Assembly (NCBI GenBank): GCA_036394315.1
Contig: DASWFI010000007.1
Coordinates: forward strand, 3,984 to 67,983
Length of the DNA: 64,000 bases
Source: Patescibacteria group bacterium
GTDB lineage: Bacteria; Patescibacteriota; Doudnabacteria; UBA920; O2-02-FULL-48-8
Reading direction: 5' to 3'
A program made the position numbers and the translations under genes. How positions within the stretch are numbered: position 1 is the stretch's first letter; the number at the start of each line of letters is the position of its first letter. This document shows positions 59,515-64,000 of the stretch, in pieces. The notes beneath the pieces were generated by a model. It had not been told where the DNA came from. It saw only the letters and a list, made by a program, of their open reading frames with translations, and did not search any database.

Positions 59515-61206
59515 TTACATCTCTTCCAAAGCTTCAATCCCTAGTAAATCCAAACCTCGGCTTAGAGCTTTTTTGGCACTAAAAACAAGCGCGATTCGAT
59601 AATTTTTCACTGCTTCATCCGGCTCCTGCGTTACCGGGCTTTCGTGATAAAATCGATTTAGCAAAGTTGCGAAGTTATAAAGATAATTGGCCAACACATT
59701 CGGCAAATAATCTTCAAGGCTATCTGCCACTATTTCGGGAAGGATGGCGGTTTGAAAAAGAATTTGCCTCTCCGTGAGGCTCATGACTATTGTCCCCTGT
59801 AACCTGTCCCCTATAACATGATTTCCCGCCTTCCTAAGAATGCTGGCTAGGCGCGCATGCGTGTACTGCAAATAAGGCCCGCTGTTGCCTTCGAAATCCA
59901 AAGCTTTGTCCCAATCAAACTCAATGTCACTATGACGGTTATGGGAAAGTATGAAATACTTGATAGCTGCCTGGGCCACGGCTGGAATGACATAATCCGC
60001 ATCACTAAGATTGGGATTTTTTTCCGCGATGATCTTCTCCACTTTTTCTTTGGCTTGAGCAATAACGTCTTCAGCTAAAACCATGTTGCCTTTCCTGCTG
60101 GACAAGGCCTCACCTTTAAAACTCATAAAACCATAATCGATGTGCACGGCTTCCTCATCGTGCATGTAGCCAAGCAGTTTTAAGATGGCGAACAATTGTT
60201 TGAACGCGTGTGCTTGCCGCACATCCACCACATAAAGCTGCTTATTGAAGCCAAGTGATTTTCTATAAACAAAAGTTGCAAGGTCGCGCAGCAAATAAGT
60301 AGTGCCTCCGTCGGATTTTACAATCAAGGCAATTCCTAATCCCTGGCTTTCTAAATCTACAATCTGCGCTCCTTGAGATTCCTTCAATAAACCTCTGCCC
60401 TTAAGATCCATGAGGATTGCGGGCATTTTGTCCTGATAAAAACTTTCCGGCCAGTGATGATCGAAAAGTTGAATATTCATCAGCTCGTTAATCTTCAAAT
60501 GTTTTTCGAGACTCCAATCCACAAACTTTTTCCAGATTGCCCTGTTTTCGGAATCACCTTTTTCCAATTTCACAAACTCCTCCTTGGCTTCTTCGTGAAG
60601 CGTTGGATGCTTGGTAATCTCTTCGTTTATCTTTACATAAAGCTTGTTCAGTTCGTTAATCGGATCGGATTCTACGATGCCTTCATTGCCATATTTTTTG
60701 TAAGCTAAAAGCAGCTGGCCAAATTGCGTTCCCCAATCCCCCATGTGAGTATCGGATTCTACTTGGTGACCCAAATATTTTAACTGGCGATAAATAGTAT
60801 CGCCGATGACTGCTGTTTCCAAATGGCCTAAATGCAAAGGCTTGGCCACATTGGGCTGAAAATATTCCACTAGAATTTTTTCAGGCTTTGTTATCTGTTC
60901 ACTGCTATCTATTATCTTACTTACGAGTGCCTCGGGTTTGAGTCTGAAATTAATAAACCCAGGGCCCGCGACTTCTACCTTTTCAAAATCACTGACATTC
61001 ATTTTAGCGATAAGCTGGGTTGCCAGTTCCACTGGCTTCATCTTGGCTTCTTTTGCCAAAATCAAAGCCGCATTCGTCGCATAGTCCCCGATTTTGGCAT
61101 CTGGATATGTGACAGTAATTTTTGATTTCAGTTCATCTGAAATCAAAACACCTGTCGCCTCTGCTGCTTCTATCACTAATTGTTGGATTTCTTTCTTCAT
61201 TAGCAT
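59515..61206 (-). CDS. argS: Arginyl-tRNA synthetase
   Basis: Class I HIGH-like PNVAKPLHLGHL; anticodon-binding DALR domain at the C-terminus. Confidence 0.9.
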   Translation of the reverse strand: MLMKKEIQQLVIEAAEATGVLISDELKSKITVTYPDAKIGDYATNAALILAKEAKMKPVELATQLIAKMNVSDFEKVEVAGPGFINFRLKPEALVSKIIDSSEQITKPEKILVEYFQPNVAKPLHLGHLETAVIGDTIYRQLKYLGHQVESDTHMGDWGTQFGQLLLAYKKYGNEGIVESDPINELNKLYVKINEEITKHPTLHEEAKEEFVKLEKGDSENRAIWKKFVDWSLEKHLKINELMNIQLFDHHWPESFYQDKMPAILMDLKGRGLLKESQGAQIVDLESQGLGIALIVKSDGGTTYLLRDLATFVYRKSLGFNKQLYVVDVRQAHAFKQLFAILKLLGYMHDEEAVHIDYGFMSFKGEALSSRKGNMVLAEDVIAQAKEKVEKIIAEKNPNLSDADYVIPAVAQAAIKYFILSHNRHSDIEFDWDKALDFEGNSGPYLQYTHARLASILRKAGNHVIGDRLQGTIVMSLTERQILFQTAILPEIVADSLEDYLPNVLANYLYNFATLLNRFYHESPVTQEPDEAVKNYRIALVFSAKKALSRGLDLLGIEALEEM

Positions 61207-61532
61207 ATGACTATTTTATCAGATATAATAACCTAGAACAATAAAAAAGAGCAGGGCAAAAAGTCCTACTCGACAACACATTTTCCCCCATGGAATTCAA
61301 CTGTGGTTTGCCCCAAGCGTAGAAGCCCGTTGACATAGAGTACTGGTTTACATCAGCAACCCTTTAAACCAGTAAAGGACTGATGTTTACTCTTGAATGC
61401 TGGCGATCTTGGAGTCCTGTCCCACTGCTAGGATGGTCGAACGATCTACCAATACGTCGCGTGATATCGCAGATATGGCGTTCTCCGCACCACACTCTGG
61501 ACCAAACCACAGTCAGCATATTATAAATAGTT

Positions 61533-61982
61533 ATGACTAGTCTTGCAAATAATCGAAAAGCGCTGCACAACTATTCCATCGAAGATCAGATCGAGGCGGG
61601 TTTGGTATTGGCAGGGCACGAAGTCAAAAGCATCAGAAACGGCCAGGCCAGTTTGGATGGAGCGTACGTCACGATCCGAAACGGCGAGGCTTTCTTGCGC
61701 AACGCTTACATCGGTAAATACAAGCAAGCAGCAAACCTGGAAGGTTACGATGAGTCCAGAGAACGGAAATTGTTATTGCACAAAAATGAACTATTGCGAC
61801 TTCAATCAAAGACCAAAGAAAAAGGTCTAACATTAGTCCCTTTGCAGATCTACACTTCCAAGCGGCGCCTTAAACTCAAAATTGGTCTCGGACGTGGAAA
61901 GAAACAATACGACAAACGCGAATCAATTAAGAAAAAAGAAACAAAAAGAAGTCTGGACAGAACTATCCGAACCAGAGTATAA
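61533..61982 (+). CDS. smpB: SsrA-binding protein
   Basis: ..KALHNYSIEDQIEAGLVLAGHEVKSIRNGQASLDGAYV.., the SmpB signature; tmRNA lies ~460 nt downstream. Confidence 0.9.
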   Translation: MTSLANNRKALHNYSIEDQIEAGLVLAGHEVKSIRNGQASLDGAYVTIRNGEAFLRNAYIGKYKQAANLEGYDESRERKLLLHKNELLRLQSKTKEKGLTLVPLQIYTSKRRLKLKIGLGRGKKQYDKRESIKKKETKRSLDRTIRTRV

Positions 61983-62012
61983 AAAAGAACCGCGACCTCG
62001 ATGGCGGCGGTT

Positions 62013-62339
62013 TTAGTTATGCGGCTTGAAATAGTAGTTCCTCGTATGGTGGTAGAGCAACTCGGTCTTCCAGAGCCAAGCCTCGGCTTCCAGCCAGTCT
62101 TGTTCAGGACTACTCATGATCCCAACGTCACATCTTCTCTCGGAGATGACATGCGCCAGACTCGCAATACTCGCTCTCGATGGAGCCATATCACGCTCCG
62201 CAGCGATCCAGTCCCCTTCGGGCGTGCCCTCGATTTCATGAGCTTCGCGATGGCGCGAATTAGACCAGGCGCGATGCCTGATCACATCCCGACGAACTTC
62301 AGTCAATCTGCGAATCTGTTCCGCGTCCAATGGAAACAT
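62013..62339 (-). CDS. Hypothetical protein on a GC-rich (~55%) islet inserted between smpB and ssrA; strong GGAGG SD
   Basis: 108 aa; GGAGG lies 9 nt upstream of the ATG; composition is anomalous relative to its neighbours. Confidence 0.45.
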   Translation of the reverse strand: MFPLDAEQIRRLTEVRRDVIRHRAWSNSRHREAHEIEGTPEGDWIAAERDMAPSRASIASLAHVISERRCDVGIMSSPEQDWLEAEAWLWKTELLYHHTRNYYFKPHN

Positions 62340-62446
62340 GCCATACCTCCTCGAGATTGTGTGTGCCTATCATACAACATTAACCCTTGCCAAACAAGTC
62401 TTTTTTTGATAGAATTGATTGACCTCAAAAGAGGTCGCAAAAACAC

Positions 62447-62827
62447 GGGGCTGAATTGATTCGACAGGTGTTCCTTCAAAATCACAGCAAGTCCGATTAG
62501 CCTAATCTCTCGGTTAAAAAGAAAAGGTAAATCATAAATGCCAAAAATTTGGTAAGCAGATTCGTGAATGCTTTTGCATTCTCACCTGCTATGGTTGCTG
62601 CTTAATTAAGTAACAACCCATCAGCCTTTCGGTGTTCTTCCGAAAGTACCTGGTGTTATATTAAGAACTTACTTTGATCGGTACTCGACGATCAAAAGGA
62701 CATTTAGAGCAACCTTAAACTGTTTTCGTTTCGCTTCTATAGTTTAAGATAAACAAGCGAAACTAAACTTGTAGAAGTGGCTTTGAAAAACTCTTGGACG
62801 GGAGTTCACTGCTCCCCAGCTCCACCA
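62447..62827 (+). ncRNA. ssrA: tmRNA (SsrA)
   Basis: 5' GGGGCUGAAUUGAUUCGACAGG matches the canonical GGGGCUGAUUCUGGAUUCGACGGG. 3' GGACGGGAGUUCACUGCUCCCCAGCUCCACCA matches E. coli GGACGCGGGUUCAACUCCCGCCAGCUCCACCA. The G3:U70 pair and A73 are present. A tag ORF ends ...SPAMVAA and is followed by UAA. Confidence 0.82.
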
Positions 62828-62886
62828 GTTGACTTTTAGGTCAAAAGTCATTATAATTTGAATGGTTAAAAATTAAAGTAACTACA

Positions 62887-63402
62887 ATAGCACTAAGAAA
62901 CAGGCTCAACAATCAAATACGCGTTCCTGAAGTCCGGGTCATTGATTCTGACGGAAAAATGATTGGAATTATGAAAACAGAAGAAGCCCTGGCTTTGGCA
63001 CGCGAAAAAGAAGTTGATTTGGTGGAAATCTCTCCGCAAGCCAAACCGCCGGTGGTAAAACTGCTCAATTACGACAAGTACCGCTATCAGCAGGAAAAAC
63101 AGGCCCAGGAAGCCAGGAAGAAAGTAAAGAAAGTCACAGTCAAAGGCATCCGCCTCTCGGTCCGTATTGGCGAGCACGATCTTAATTTTAAATCCAAAAA
63201 AACCACGGAATTCATAACCGAAGGCAACAAAGTAAAAGTGGATGTGGTCATGCGCGGCCGTGAACAAGCCCATCCCGAACTGGCATTTGATCTAATCAAA
63301 AAATTCCAAACATTAATCAGCGTCCCCTTTGTAAAAGAAACCGGCCCGACTAAAATGGGCAATACCGTTTCGATCATAGTGGGCCCTCAAGCTAAACAAT
63401 AA
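62887..63402 (+). CDS. infC: Translation initiation factor IF-3, probably starting at a non-AUG codon (AUA at 62887)
   Basis: The in-frame upstream extension encodes the IF3 N-domain motif NNQIRVPEVRVIDSDGKMIG. The first in-frame ATG (62959) would delete it. Confidence 0.8.
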   Translation: MALRNRLNNQIRVPEVRVIDSDGKMIGIMKTEEALALAREKEVDLVEISPQAKPPVVKLLNYDKYRYQQEKQAQEARKKVKKVTVKGIRLSVRIGEHDLNFKSKKTTEFITEGNKVKVDVVMRGREQAHPELAFDLIKKFQTLISVPFVKETGPTKMGNTVSIIVGPQAKQ

Positions 63403-63403
63403 T

Positions 63404-63595
63404 ATGCCTAAGCAGAAGACAAATAAGCGGGTAGCCAAAACTTTCTGGAAAACAGGTTCCGGCAAGCTTATGCGCCGCAAATCCGGTCAAGCTCATTTTA
63501 ACGCCCGTGAATCCGGAAAAACTACGAAGAGCAAACGACGTGATTTAACAATGCATAAAACCAATCTTAAGATCGGTGAATTAATCCGAGGATAA
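63404..63595 (+). CDS. rpmI: 50S ribosomal protein L35
   Basis: MPKQKTNKRVAKTFWKTGSGKLMRRKSG. Confidence 0.9.
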   Translation: MPKQKTNKRVAKTFWKTGSGKLMRRKSGQAHFNARESGKTTKSKRRDLTMHKTNLKIGELIRG

Positions 63596-63598
63596 TTT

Positions 63599-63943
63599 AT
63601 GACGAGAATAAAACGCGGAGTTGCCGCGCACAAACGAAGAAAATACGTTTTAAAAAGAACCAAGGGCTTTACCAACCGCAGAAGCACCAACGCCATAGCG
63701 GCTAAAGAAGCTCTGCTTCACGCGGATTCTTACGCTTACGGCCATCGCCGCCTGCGCAAGCGCGATTTCAAAAAACTCTGGACTATCAGAATTAATGCCG
63801 CGTCCCGAGAACAAGGCGTTAAATTTTCCACACTCATGGGTAATATGCGCAAGCAAAAAATCGGTCTGAACAAGAAAATGCTCGCAGAATTGGCAGTGCG
63901 CAACCCGAAAGCTTTCGAATCAATCGTTGCTTCAGTTAAATAA
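63599..63943 (+). CDS. rplT: 50S ribosomal protein L20
   Basis: MTRIKRGVAAHKRRKYVLKRTKGF...; infC-rpmI-rplT gene order. Confidence 0.95.
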   Translation: MTRIKRGVAAHKRRKYVLKRTKGFTNRRSTNAIAAKEALLHADSYAYGHRRLRKRDFKKLWTIRINAASREQGVKFSTLMGNMRKQKIGLNKKMLAELAVRNPKAFESIVASVK

Positions 63944-64000
63944 ATGCCCGAAAGCAAACTAAGAGCCATTTCACATGGCTCTTTAATTATAGATAAAATT

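Noticed and set aside
61207-61532. A possible ncRNA (SRP/6S/RNase P) in the 326 nt argS-smpB divergent spacer.
   Set aside because: I found no conserved SRP domain IV or RNase P P4 motifs. It is most likely divergent promoters; left unassigned.

Overview
This 64 kb window is low-GC (~40%), gene-dense bacterial chromosome with short intergenic spacers and mostly housekeeping content. I infer a reduced-genome, Patescibacteria/CPR-like organism from many small hypothetical membrane proteins, a minimal type IV secretion-like locus and odd domain architectures. I could not run any homology search, so every product call is from motifs I recognise by eye.

What is in the window:
- **Housekeeping genes.** tsf, rpsB, rpmE, prfA-prmC, rplY, an FtsW/RodA-type gene, dnaE, thrS, miaA, gatCAB, lemA-htpX, recX, clpC, an ECF sigma/anti-sigma pair, recG, ksgA, pcrA/uvrD, a LysM-M23 peptidase, recO-ileS-argS, smpB-ssrA, and infC-rpmI-rplT.
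- **Two-component module.** Two tandem histidine kinases plus an orphan receiver sit at the left edge.
- **RNA genes I could fold by hand.** tRNA-Thr(UGU), tRNA-Tyr(GUA) interrupted by a ~185 nt group I intron, tRNA-Ser(GCU), tRNA-Ser(UGA), tRNA-Arg(GCG), and a tmRNA next to smpB.
- **A thrS leader with T-box features.** Its UGGA bulge matches the U73 discriminator of the tRNA-Thr found in this window.
- **Absent.** No rRNA, CRISPR array, transposase or integrase was seen.

Most interesting observations:
1. A ~13 kb single-strand operon (35.5-48.2 kb) encodes a VirB4-like ATPase, a VirB6-like polytopic membrane protein, an M15 cell-wall hydrolase, small membrane proteins, secreted Gly/Pro-rich proteins and an embedded PIN nuclease. 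It has a consensus promoter and a palindromic operator.
2. The isoleucyl-tRNA synthetase carries a complete histidine-phosphatase (PGAM-like) domain inserted in its catalytic body.
3. tRNA-Tyr contains a group I intron.
4. Three short GC-rich (~55%) islets each carry a small ORF with a strong GGAGG Shine-Dalgarno sequence. They are wedged between conserved genes, including between smpB and ssrA.
5. A ~56 nt conserved element is duplicated upstream of the rpsB and rplY promoters.
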